Shown here piece after piece: positions 35,650 through 45,700 of a stretch of 64,000 nucleotides of DNA. Numbering within the stretch: the first letter of the stretch is position 1; each line of letters opens with the position of its first letter. Made by a program: the position numbers and the translations under genes. Where the stretch lies: assembly GCA_041484525.1 (NCBI GenBank), contig JBGPHT010000015.1:7307-71306 (forward strand), given 5' to 3'. The notes beneath the pieces are model-generated. The model ran no database searches, was not told the DNA's origin, and saw only the letters and a list, made by a program, of their open reading frames with translations. The DNA comes from Bryobacteraceae bacterium. GTDB lineage: Bacteria; Acidobacteriota; Terriglobia; Bryobacterales; Bryobacteraceae.

Positions 35650-37818
35650 ATGAAGCAAGTTCTGCGCAAGGGCCTGAAAGACATTGTCGTGGACGAAGTC
35701 CCGGACCCCATGGTCACGCCGCACCACGTTCTGGTACGGCCCGCGAACTCGCTCATCAGCAGCGGTACCGAGACCGCCAGCATCCACCAGGAAGGCATCA
35801 TGAAGGAGGTGGCCGACAACCCCTCGCACCTGCGCAAGGTGTGGGACGTCATGCTGGCCAACGGCCCCATGCGCACCCTGGCCGAGGTCCGCGCGAAGTT
35901 CAGCGACTACGCCGTGCTCGGCTATGCGGGCGCGGGCGTGGTCGCCGAGGTGCACCCCACAGTCCGCGATCTCGAGCCCGGCGATCGCGTGGCCTATGGT
36001 GGCGAAGGCACCGGCCACGGCGAGTGCATCATCACCGGCCGCAACCTGGTGGCGCGCGTTCCCGATGACGTGCCGTTCGATCAAGCCTGCTTCGCCACCC
36101 TCGGTTCGATCGCGCTCAACGCGGTGCGCATCGCGCAAATCTCGCTCGGCGATTCCGTGGTGGTCCTCGGCCTCGGCCTCGTCGGCCAGCTCATTGCGCA
36201 GCTCGCCCGCCTGCAAGGCGCGGTCGTGATCGCCACAGACCTCAAGCCGGAACGCGTCGATCTGGCGCGCCGCCTCGGTGCCAATCACGCCATCCCGGGC
36301 GGCGCCGGATTCCCCGAAGGCGTGGCCGCGGTCACTGCCGGGCGCGGCGCCGATTGCGTGATCGTGGCCGCCGCCGCCAAGTCCGATGGCCCGTGCCGCA
36401 CAGCGCTGGCCGTCTGCCGCGATCGCGGCCGCATCGTCGTGGTAGGCGCCGTCGAGATGTCGTTTCCGTGGAACGACATGTACCTCAAGGAAATCCAGCT
36501 CTTCATGTCGCGCGCCTACGGCCCCGGCAGTTACGACCCCGCCTACGAAAAGCAGGGCCGCGATTACCCCGTCTCTTACGTGCGCTGGACCGAGAACCGC
36601 AACATGGAGGAGTTCCTTCGCCTTCTCGCCGAGCGCCGTGCCGATGTAGCGCCGCTCATCACCCACCGCTTCCCGCTCGAGGAAGCGCCCGCAGCGTATC
36701 AGACGATTCTCGATCCCGCGTCCAACAGCCTCGCCGTGGTTTTGAATTATCCGCCGGCTAACAGCGCGTCACCAGTCACGCCAGTGCGCCGTGTCGAGAT
36801 CGCAGGCGCCCGTCCCGCGACTTCCGGTTTCCGCGTGGCGCTCGCCGGCGCCGGCAATATTTCGCGCTGGGCCCACATGCCCGCGTTGAAGAGCATCGGG
36901 GACGTATCGCTGCGCGCCGTCTACTCCGCCGGCGGCGCGCGCGGCAAGAGCTACGGGAAGCGCTTCGGCGCCGCCTACTGCTGCTCCGATTACGACGAGA
37001 TCCTGCGTGACCCGGAAGTGGACGTGGTGCTGATCGCCACCCGCAACCAGCTTCACGCATCCGAGGCCGCCCGAGCCCTGCGCGCCGGCAAGCACGTCTT
37101 CGTCGAGAAACCGATGGCCCTCACGGAGGAGGAATGCCGCGAGCTCACCTCCGCCGTCCACGAATCCGGCAAGCAGCTCACCGTGGGTTTCAATCGCCGC
37201 TATGCGCCTGACTACCTGGCAGTGAAGCGCACGCTGGCACGACGCTCCGGCCCCGCGGTGATTCACGCGCGCATCAACTCGCCCGGGATTTCGGGAGCCT
37301 ACTGGATGGCCGATCCTGCAATCGGCGGCGCCATTCTCGGCGAGGCCTGCCACTTCACCGATCTCTTCTACTGGCTGCTCGAGTCCGAGCCCGTCAGCGT
37401 TTCCGCGTACAGCCTTCCCACCAGCCAGCCCGACCCCATCGGCGAAAACAATCTGGTCTCGTGCTTCCGCTTCGCCGATGGCTCGATCGCCAATTTCACC
37501 TACTGCACCGTCGGCAGCCGCACCTCGGGCGGCGAGCGCGTCGAAGTCTTCGCCCCCGGCCTGGGCGCTTTCACAGAGGATTTCAAACGCGTCTCAATCC
37601 GCACCAGCGTCAGTAAGAACAGCTCGCGGATGTTCGCCGAAAAGGGCTACACGGCGCAGATGAAGTCCTTCTTCTCCGCCCTCCGCGAAGGACGTGCGCC
37701 AGAAGTTACGGTGCTCGATGGCGCCCGGTCCACCATCCTGGCGCTGCGCATGCTCGAAGCCGCGCGTACCGGATTGCCTGTGGAACTGAACTGGCGCAGC
37801 GCCGCTGAAACCTCATGA
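35650..37818 (+). CDS. Fusion protein: zinc-type alcohol dehydrogenase (MDR) domain plus Gfo/Idh/MocA NAD(P)-oxidoreductase domain
   Basis: The N-terminal half has GDSVVVLGLGLVGQL (Rossmann motif). The C-terminal half has FRVALAGAGNISRWAHMPAL and EKPMALT, the Gfo/Idh/MocA signatures. Total length is 722 aa. Confidence 0.8.
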   Translation: MKQVLRKGLKDIVVDEVPDPMVTPHHVLVRPANSLISSGTETASIHQEGIMKEVADNPSHLRKVWDVMLANGPMRTLAEVRAKFSDYAVLGYAGAGVVAEVHPTVRDLEPGDRVAYGGEGTGHGECIITGRNLVARVPDDVPFDQACFATLGSIALNAVRIAQISLGDSVVVLGLGLVGQLIAQLARLQGAVVIATDLKPERVDLARRLGANHAIPGGAGFPEGVAAVTAGRGADCVIVAAAAKSDGPCRTALAVCRDRGRIVVVGAVEMSFPWNDMYLKEIQLFMSRAYGPGSYDPAYEKQGRDYPVSYVRWTENRNMEEFLRLLAERRADVAPLITHRFPLEEAPAAYQTILDPASNSLAVVLNYPPANSASPVTPVRRVEIAGARPATSGFRVALAGAGNISRWAHMPALKSIGDVSLRAVYSAGGARGKSYGKRFGAAYCCSDYDEILRDPEVDVVLIATRNQLHASEAARALRAGKHVFVEKPMALTEEECRELTSAVHESGKQLTVGFNRRYAPDYLAVKRTLARRSGPAVIHARINSPGISGAYWMADPAIGGAILGEACHFTDLFYWLLESEPVSVSAYSLPTSQPDPIGENNLVSCFRFADGSIANFTYCTVGSRTSGGERVEVFAPGLGAFTEDFKRVSIRTSVSKNSSRMFAEKGYTAQMKSFFSALREGRAPEVTVLDGARSTILALRMLEAARTGLPVELNWRSAAETS

Positions 37819-38864
37819 AGGTCGTGCAGCTCGGGCCCTACCCGCCGCCTCATGGCGGCGTCCAGTCCAACCTGGTAGCTATCCGCGATTACGTCCGCCG
37901 CCAGGGACATGCCTGCGCCGTCATCAACCTCACGCGGCACCGCGGCGAGGAGCGCGACGACGTCTACTACCCGAGCACTCCCCAGGAAGTTGTGCGCCTA
38001 TTGAAGGCGGGCGGCTACGACATCATCCACCTGCACATCGGCGGCAATCTGCCGCTCCGGCTGCTGCTACTGGCTCTGGTCTGCACCCTGATCCCGCGCG
38101 CCCGTACCGTGTTCACGTTTCATTCGGGCGGCTATCCGTCGTCACCCGAAGGCCGGACGGCGCGCCCATTTTCTCTACGCGGATTCGTCTTCCGGCGCTT
38201 CGGCTGTGTCATCGGCGTCAACCCGCAATTGGTCGAGCTGTTCCGCCGGTTCGGTGTGGCGGCGGACCGTGCGCGCCTGATCTACCCACATGCCGTCCCC
38301 ACACTCCCCGAGGTCTCCGCCGAATTGCCCCCGCCCCTCCAGACTTTCTTCGCGGAACACGATCCCGTGCTCGTCACCGTCGGTCTGCTCGAACCCGAGT
38401 ACGACCTGCCGCTGCAGATCGAGACCATGGGCCGCATTCAGGAGCGCCTTCCGCACGCCGGCCTGATCATCGTGGGCGCAGGCAGTCTCGAGGCGGATTT
38501 GCGCGCCCGCATCCAGGCCGTACCCCACGGCCGCGACATTCTCCTATGCGGAGACGTGCCGCATTCGGCCACGCTGCGCACCATCACGCGCGCCGCCGCG
38601 CTCTTGCGAACCACGCTCTACGACGGCGATTCCGTGGCAGTTCGCGAGGCGCTACACCTGGGGACGCCCGTGATCGCCACCGATAACGGCATGCGTCCCG
38701 AAGGCGTCCACCTGATTCCCATCCACAATGCGGACGCCCTGGTGAACGCCGTCGCGCAGATTGCGGCGACCCCGCGCGAGACTCGCACACCGCCCAAAAC
38801 TGCCGACGAGACAAACCTGGAAGAGGTGTGGCGGATCTACACCGGCCTGCTTACGGAACGCTAG
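37815..38864 (+). CDS. Glycosyltransferase (GT-B, GT4-like)
   Basis: MKVVQLGPYPPPHGGVQSNL N-terminus and DSVAVREALHLGTPVIATDNGMRPEGV. It has an ATGA overlap with the upstream oxidoreductase gene. Confidence 0.7.
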   Translation: MKVVQLGPYPPPHGGVQSNLVAIRDYVRRQGHACAVINLTRHRGEERDDVYYPSTPQEVVRLLKAGGYDIIHLHIGGNLPLRLLLLALVCTLIPRARTVFTFHSGGYPSSPEGRTARPFSLRGFVFRRFGCVIGVNPQLVELFRRFGVAADRARLIYPHAVPTLPEVSAELPPPLQTFFAEHDPVLVTVGLLEPEYDLPLQIETMGRIQERLPHAGLIIVGAGSLEADLRARIQAVPHGRDILLCGDVPHSATLRTITRAAALLRTTLYDGDSVAVREALHLGTPVIATDNGMRPEGVHLIPIHNADALVNAVAQIAATPRETRTPPKTADETNLEEVWRIYTGLLTER

Positions 38865-41800
38865 TGACCTGTATCGGACCGCCTCGCAGAATGTTGTTCG
38901 AAGCGTCCCGATAAATGACCCGGTAGTACAAAATACGTTCCGGCAGTGCCGGAATCGCGACGCTGCACGTGGTGCTGCACGGGACACCGGAACCGTTCCA
39001 CGCCCCGCCCTTCGAAGCCATATCGGAGTTCACGAACCAGAACGGGTTGTCGCCGTCGAACCCATTCGCGGGCGGTCCGACAGTGGTCGAGATGCACGCC
39101 TCCCGCCGGCTGGTGCAGTAGAGGTTCAGCGCATCGTACCCGAACACCACCAGGACGTTGTCCACCCCGGTATCGGGCGGCGCCGTCACCGATAGCACCA
39201 TCGGGATGAACTTCGACCGGTCGTATTCATCCGTCGCGGGATAAGGCGGCAGCTTGCCGATCAGGTTGGAACGGAAGAGCATCCACTTGCCATCCGGACT
39301 CGCCTTGACATTGGTCGTTGCCGAACCCCTGTAGCCTTCGAAAATCCTCGTCAGCAGGCGTCCCCGTTCGAAATTCTTCAGCGGCCTGCCGTCGGCATCG
39401 GGCAATCCCCATTGCGCGTAGCCCGCGCCCAGCACGTTGAAATTGGCCACGCAGACATCGCGCCACCCGCCGTAAAACTCGCCCTCTTTGCACCAGGGCA
39501 CCGTCCGGTCGAGCGCCGGAATGTTGACATAGACATTTCCCGGCTGCGAGCCCGCCGTGCACTCTCCCCCGCGCCAGGCGTAGCAGACCCGGTACGCATC
39601 CGAAGCCTGGCCTGTGAGCACCGACTGCGGACCGCTGATGTCCGTCAAAGGCGATCCACCCGAAAACGCCGCCAGGTCGTAATGTTTGGGATCGATCGCG
39701 CCGGTGTACCGGTATTGATACAGGTCTCCCTCGATCGGCACCGCACTCATCGTGCCATTGCTCGCGTTCCCCGTGAACAGGTATGGATGGCCGTCCAGAA
39801 ACCACCGCTGATCCTCAGGCGGCGCGGCTTCCTGCGAATAGGAAGGATGCTTCTCGATGGCGTTGCCATACGGTGCCGACAGTTTTCCGCTGAACAGCGT
39901 CGGCAGCGCGATGCTCGTCTGGTAAGAACTGTCCTGCATCTTCGCCGGGTCGAAAGGCGCCAGCGACACGCCGTAATCCGGGTGCACACGGACGCCGTCG
40001 CGCCCGAACGCATGGTTCACGTACGCCGTCGGGAAGTACGTCGCCGGGTTGGACGCGTCCCCATCCTGTTGATAGAACCAGTGCGCTCCGCCCTGCAGGC
40101 AGTAGGCCGTCAACACGCTCCCGTTGGCATGCTCGCGCGGAAATTGATACGTCTGATCGGGGCCCACGCCGCGCTCCACGATATATTCCGCCGGGCCCTT
40201 CTTCTGCACGATCTGAATCACCTCGCCATCCACCGCCAGGGTGTCGCCGGGCGCGAATGGCTGCAGCCAGTGAAGATTCGACCGTTCCGAAACCGGCTCA
40301 CCCGCCTGCCATGCGCCGGGCGCGGTCCCCCAGGCGGCGTTCCACGCGCTCGCCGTCGTCAGCGTGCTGCAATAATTCTTTCCCGCGTAATTCACGCCGT
40401 TGACCGTCACCGGCGGACACGGATCGCAGTTGCCGACCCCCGCCTTGGTGCACACTTTGAGCGGCCCGTTTTGCGTCACGCGGAACGGATAATCCTTCTC
40501 GTTTTGAAATTCCGGCGTGGCGATTCCTTCGGCGCGGATGCTCTGGTACGTGTGCAGCGTGCACCAGCGCGACGCGGCGCGCGCGAACATCGGATCGGCC
40601 CCGATCGCCTGTTGGGTGTTGCCGAAACGCCCGGCATATCCGTTCCCGATGGGAAGTCCGTTGCCCAGGTCGAGCGCGAACAGCCACGCAAAACTATCCT
40701 GCTGATAATTGCGGCACGACACCACCACGCTATTGCCCTGCACCGACTCGAGCCCGCAATTCGGAAACGAACCGCGATCATAGGCAATGTCCTTCGACGC
40801 CGTGTAGCGGGTGAACTGTGCCTGCAGCGTGTAGTCGTCGTCCGCGCTGGTGCAATTGCGGAGACACGGCGTCAGGACCTGAAATTTGGCCGGGAGTTGC
40901 GGCCACCGCGCCGTTTCGGAGCCGTAGATATTGGCGGCTGGACACGCGGATGCCTTCTCGCCGCACGCCACGTCATTGCCCGTGTACGTCGCCTTCACCA
41001 GCACGCTCGGGCTGCCGGGATATCCCGACTGCGTCGAAAAATACATCACGTTGGCGTCGTTGTCGTCCCACAGAAAATCATTCAACGACGCGCCGTAGAA
41101 TTCCAGCCCGCTCTTGAGAACACCTACCGACTGGATAAACACGTACGCCATCCCCAGATACCGCACCGTCAGGGTTCCGTCGGCTTCCGTCCGCAGCCCG
41201 GCGATCAGACCGTTCCCGGCGTGGCAATGATAGAATCCGTTCCCGTCGGCCTTCTTGGCGCAGACGCGGTTGAATCCGCCCGACCCGTTTCCGAATGTCA
41301 CGTTGACCGCCGTCGCCGCCCGCCACCCGATCCACTCCAGGTTGATCGTGGATTGCGCCGTCGCGCTCTTCTTGCGCACCAGGATGCCGTACCGCGGATT
41401 TCCAGTCACGCCCGTCCCGTAGTAAAAAGGAATGCCGGTCGTGCCGTTGAAGTCCACGGCGAGCGCGCTTTTCAGCGTCGCCTGCGGTGCGTCCGCGGAG
41501 CAATCCAGAGACTTCACCGCGGGATACTGCGCCGTCGCCGACGGGCTGTTGTAAATCGTCAGCGTGTCGTCCGGCCGCACCCGGCGGCAATCCGCCGCAT
41601 TGGTGAAAAACAGCTTCGTGTAATCCGCGCTGGTGTTGTACACATACCCTTTTCCGGTTCGCGAATCGCCCGCCGGCAGACTGTCGAGCGTCAGCAGATC
41701 GCCCGGCGTGGCCGGATTCCGGCAGGGCGCCCCGTCGCCGCACAGCGCGATCGTAGCGTCACCGCCGGTCAGATCCACTTCCCGAATCGGCGCTTCGCAA

Positions 41801-42654
41801 TGCGCGCCGTCTTCATCCACGCCGTACCGCGTGATGCAGACTTCGACCGTCTGCCCGCCGCTCGAGCAATCCGGCCCCGAGCAGTATCCCTTCAACAGGA
41901 TGTTCTGAAACGAGAGCGAGCTCGACGGAAACGTGGAATTGTACGGAAAGGGTGGATTGCGCAGCCACAGCCAGTCGCGCCTGTTGCCGGAATACGAGGC
42001 GTAGGCGCCGTCGGCGGTCAGCGCCGCGCCGGGATTGCTCCAGTTCCCCGACGCATCCTCGGCGGCTGTGAAGGACGCGCCGCTCTCCGGCGTAGATCCA
42101 CCGTATGCCCACCCCAGCGTGTTGACGTTGTAAATCAGCATGCCGGTCTTGGGATCGACGATAGTGGGCTGCAGGAGCGTGTTAGCAGATGGCTGCAGAT
42201 ACTTTCCAGGCGCCGCAAGGTCGGTCTCGAGCGCGTCTATGTGGGTCGAACCAAGCGGAATGTTGGCCGTTCGGAAACTGTCCGTTGCCGTGTCGTTCCC
42301 GCACCTGATCCGGAAGTAGTGTGCGGTGTTGGTCTGGAGCGCACGGCTATACAACAACCCGACCGGCGTCCGCTCCGTGCGGCGTGCGCCGATCACGAAA
42401 ATGCGCTGCTGGTCCTGCGCGATATTCCCCGGACGGTCGTCGCGATTGGAATTCGGAAATAGCGCCGGATCCACGTCGTGCACCAGGGGCTGAAAGGTCG
42501 CCGACTCGCTGACCTCGACGGTGCAAGCACCCGAATCCGGTGCGGTATAAGAGAGAATCGCCTGCGTCGGCGTCTTCCCCATGACCTGGACGTTGCTGAT
42601 GGCGGCAAATGCCATTCCTGCACTGCCAAACAGGACAAGAGCGGCACGTACCAT
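38851..42654 (-). CDS. Giant secreted hypothetical protein B (1267 aa), paralog of 42729..46508
   Basis: Signal peptide MVRAALVLFGSAGMAFAA. An FN3-like opening reads ISNVQVMGKTPTQAILSYTAP. There are many Cys pairs and a PD40-like NVKASPDGKWMLFRSN near the C-terminus. It is colinear with the upstream paralog along its whole length. Confidence 0.8.
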   Translation of the reverse strand: MVRAALVLFGSAGMAFAAISNVQVMGKTPTQAILSYTAPDSGACTVEVSESATFQPLVHDVDPALFPNSNRDDRPGNIAQDQQRIFVIGARRTERTPVGLLYSRALQTNTAHYFRIRCGNDTATDSFRTANIPLGSTHIDALETDLAAPGKYLQPSANTLLQPTIVDPKTGMLIYNVNTLGWAYGGSTPESGASFTAAEDASGNWSNPGAALTADGAYASYSGNRRDWLWLRNPPFPYNSTFPSSSLSFQNILLKGYCSGPDCSSGGQTVEVCITRYGVDEDGAHCEAPIREVDLTGGDATIALCGDGAPCRNPATPGDLLTLDSLPAGDSRTGKGYVYNTSADYTKLFFTNAADCRRVRPDDTLTIYNSPSATAQYPAVKSLDCSADAPQATLKSALAVDFNGTTGIPFYYGTGVTGNPRYGILVRKKSATAQSTINLEWIGWRAATAVNVTFGNGSGGFNRVCAKKADGNGFYHCHAGNGLIAGLRTEADGTLTVRYLGMAYVFIQSVGVLKSGLEFYGASLNDFLWDDNDANVMYFSTQSGYPGSPSVLVKATYTGNDVACGEKASACPAANIYGSETARWPQLPAKFQVLTPCLRNCTSADDDYTLQAQFTRYTASKDIAYDRGSFPNCGLESVQGNSVVVSCRNYQQDSFAWLFALDLGNGLPIGNGYAGRFGNTQQAIGADPMFARAASRWCTLHTYQSIRAEGIATPEFQNEKDYPFRVTQNGPLKVCTKAGVGNCDPCPPVTVNGVNYAGKNYCSTLTTASAWNAAWGTAPGAWQAGEPVSERSNLHWLQPFAPGDTLAVDGEVIQIVQKKGPAEYIVERGVGPDQTYQFPREHANGSVLTAYCLQGGAHWFYQQDGDASNPATYFPTAYVNHAFGRDGVRVHPDYGVSLAPFDPAKMQDSSYQTSIALPTLFSGKLSAPYGNAIEKHPSYSQEAAPPEDQRWFLDGHPYLFTGNASNGTMSAVPIEGDLYQYRYTGAIDPKHYDLAAFSGGSPLTDISGPQSVLTGQASDAYRVCYAWRGGECTAGSQPGNVYVNIPALDRTVPWCKEGEFYGGWRDVCVANFNVLGAGYAQWGLPDADGRPLKNFERGRLLTRIFEGYRGSATTNVKASPDGKWMLFRSNLIGKLPPYPATDEYDRSKFIPMVLSVTAPPDTGVDNVLVVFGYDALNLYCTSRREACISTTVGPPANGFDGDNPFWFVNSDMASKGGAWNGSGVPCSTTCSVAIPALPERILYYRVIYRDASNNILRGGPIQVTSVP

Positions 42655-42728
42655 CTCTTGAGTCTAATTCATCTCTTACGTTTCCAATAGTTAACGGCGT
42701 ACTAGATTGGTTAGGTTATCCACTTACT

Positions 42729-45700
42729 TCACGGCACCACCGTAACCTGCAGCGGCGACGTCGCGATCACGGCCTGCGACGCATTCCGATACGACCAGCG
42801 GTAGAACACTACCTTGCCCGAGATCGCCGGAATCGCAATCGTACAGCCGCTGCTGCAAGGCATCCCGGTCACACCCGTATCCCCGCCCACCTCCGTCGGC
42901 CACACGAACGGGTTAACCTCGTCGATGGCGCTCTTGGTCGCGACGCACTTCTCGGTTCGCACGGTGCAATATAGGGTTGTGGTGTATCCGAACTCCACCA
43001 CCGCGTTATTCACACCCGCGCTCGCCGGCGGTTTCAGGTTCACCACTACCGGGCTGAAACTCGTTCGCACCACGCTGTTGGCCGCGGGATACGGCGGCAG
43101 CTTCAGAACGATATTGCTACGCAGCATGATCCACTGGCCGTCAGGCGTTGGTTTCGTATTGGAAGTCGAGGAACCTCGAAACGGTTCGAAAAGGCGCGTC
43201 AATACTCTCCCGCCCAGAAAATTCCTCACCGTCAGTCCACCCGTATGCGGCAGCGCCCATTGTGCATAGGATCCCCCCAGCACGTTGAAATTCACCGCGC
43301 AGATGTCGCGCCATCCGGAGAAGAACTCGCCCTCCTTGCAATAGTTGACAGTCAGGTCGAGCACCGGAATATTCATGTAAACGTCACCCGCGGTCGAGCC
43401 CGAAGTACACTCGTTATTCACCAGAGCCCGGCATGCCTTGTAAGCATCCGCGCTGGTACCGGTGACGACGGAGCCCGGGCCGCTGACTTCGCGCAGCACA
43501 TTCGCGCCCGCAAACGCGGCCAAGTCGTACTGTTTGGCGTCGATCGTCCCGGCGTACCGGTATCGATAGAGGTCGCCCGAGATTTTCACCGCGCTAAATT
43601 GTGTCGAACCGGAATTCCCGGCAAACAGATAAGGGTGCCCGTCGACGAACCAGCCCTGATCGTACGCCGGCGCATCTTCCTGGCCATACGAGGGATGCTT
43701 TTCGATCGTGTTGCCCGACGCGAATGACTGCTTTTGCGCATACGTGTCCGGCATGACGATCAGCGAGAAGTAAGACAGATCCTGCATCTGGGACGGAGTG
43801 AAAGGCGACAGCGAGACGGCGTAATCCGGATGCACACGAACGCCGTCCCGCCCGAACGCATGGTTGACGAAGTCCGTTGGGAAATACGTGCTGGTCGTAC
43901 CCGTGCCGTCCGGATCGAGTTCATAGAACCAATGGGCGCCGCTGAATTCGCAGCCCGTGGGCCAGACGCTGCCGTTCCCTTGCGCCCGCGGAAATTGATA
44001 GGACTGGTCGAATCCTACGCCGCGCTCCACGATGTACTGCGAAGGTCCGTTTTTCTGAATTACCCGAATCACCTCGCCCGCCGACGTGAGTTCGTCGCCA
44101 ACTCCCAGAGGTTGCATCCAGTGGAGGTTGGCAAGCGTCGATACCGGCTCACCCGTTGCAAACCCGGCCGGCACCGCCCCCCAGGCCCCGTTCCAGGAAG
44201 TGGTGGTGTTCAGCGTTCCGCAGAAGTTCTTCCCGGTATAGTCGGTGCCATTCACCACCACCGAAGGGCACAGATCGCAGTTGGCGCCTCCCAGCTTGGA
44301 GCACGCGGGCAGCGAGCCGGTTTGGGTCACTTTGAAAGGCTCGATTTTCTCGATCTGAAACTCCGGTGTTGAGATTCCCTCCTTGTGAACATTCTGGTAC
44401 GTGTGCAGCGTGCACCATTTGGACAGGCCTCGCGCAAATATCGGGTTGGCGGCGAACACCTGCTGCGTATTCCCGAAGCGGCCCACAAATCCGGCGCCGA
44501 TCGGCAAACCATTCCCCAGGTCGAGTGCGAATACCCAGGCAAAACTGTCCTGCTGCCCCTGCCGGCAGGCAGCCAGCAGCGTGCTCCCAGCCACCGCCTC
44601 CAAGGCGCAATTGGGAAACGAGCCCTGGATGTAAACGGTGCTCTTCGATGCGGTGTACCGCGCAAACTGCTTTTCGAGCGAGTAGTCGTCGGCCGGGTTG
44701 AGGCAGCCATTCAGGCACGGCGTCAGTATCTGGAAAGTCGCCGGCAACTGCGGCCACCGCTGCGTTTCGCTGCCGTATGGATCGGGCGGCGGACAGGCCG
44801 ACCCCGCCGTGCCGCACACCAGGTCGTTTCCCGTGTACGTGGCTTTCACTAACTGGGTTCCGGAATTATCGGCGTAGCCCCTGGACGCGAAGTACATGAC
44901 ATTCGGATTCGTGTCGTCCCATAGAAAATCGTTCGCCGCCGGGCCGTAAGTCTGAAAACCGGATTGCAGCCCATAGCCTTGCCCGAACAGCCACGCCATG
45001 CCGAGAAACCTCACCGTGATGTTCCCATCGGGCTCGGTGCGGATGCCGGTGATCATGTTGTTCCCAGCGTGACAGTGGTAAAAGCCGTTGGCGTCCGTTC
45101 GCTTCGTGCAAACCCGGTTGAAGCCGCCTGACCCGTTGGCGAACGTCGTATTCAGCGCGCTCGCCCCCACCCATTTGGCCGAATTGATATAGATCGTCGA
45201 GCTTGCCGTGGCGCTGCTTTTTCGGACCAGTATTCCGTACCGTGGATTTGCCATTCCGGTGAAATAGTAGAACGGAATCCCCGTCGTGCCGTTGTAGTCC
45301 ATGATTACCGAAGAGGACATCACCGCTTGTGGTGGATTGGCGCCGCAGTTCAACGATGAGAGTGTGACGCTGAACGTCACCGCCGACGGGCTCACATACA
45401 TCAAGACGGTTTCGCCCGGCCACAGCCGGCGGCAGTCGTTTAGGCTGCCAAAAAATATCTTCGTGTAATCGGCCGACGTGTTGTACACATAGCCATCACC
45501 CACCACGGAATCGAATTTCGGAAGCCGGTCGAACAGCATGATGTCGCCCGGTTTGGATGGCTGCTGGCACAGTGCGCCATCCCCGCAGATCCGGATGGGC
45601 GACATCACGTTTGCCAGCGCCACGGTCCTTATTGGATTCTCGCAATGCGCGCCTTTTTCGTCGATCCCCAGGCGCGTGATGCAAACGTCCACCAACTCCC

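Noticed and set aside
39412-42462. 1016-aa + strand ORF, the longest alternative ORF in the window
   Set aside because: It is entirely antisense to giant protein B. Its composition is dominated by Arg, Ala, Gly and Pro, and it has no signal or domain motifs. The minus-strand frame has a paralog with conserved blocks, so the plus ORF is a GC-driven artefact.
42716-42724. DnaA-box-like TTATCCACT in the AT-rich spacer between the giant paralogs
   Set aside because: It is a single 8/9 match with no cluster or AT-rich unwinding element, so it is most likely chance.
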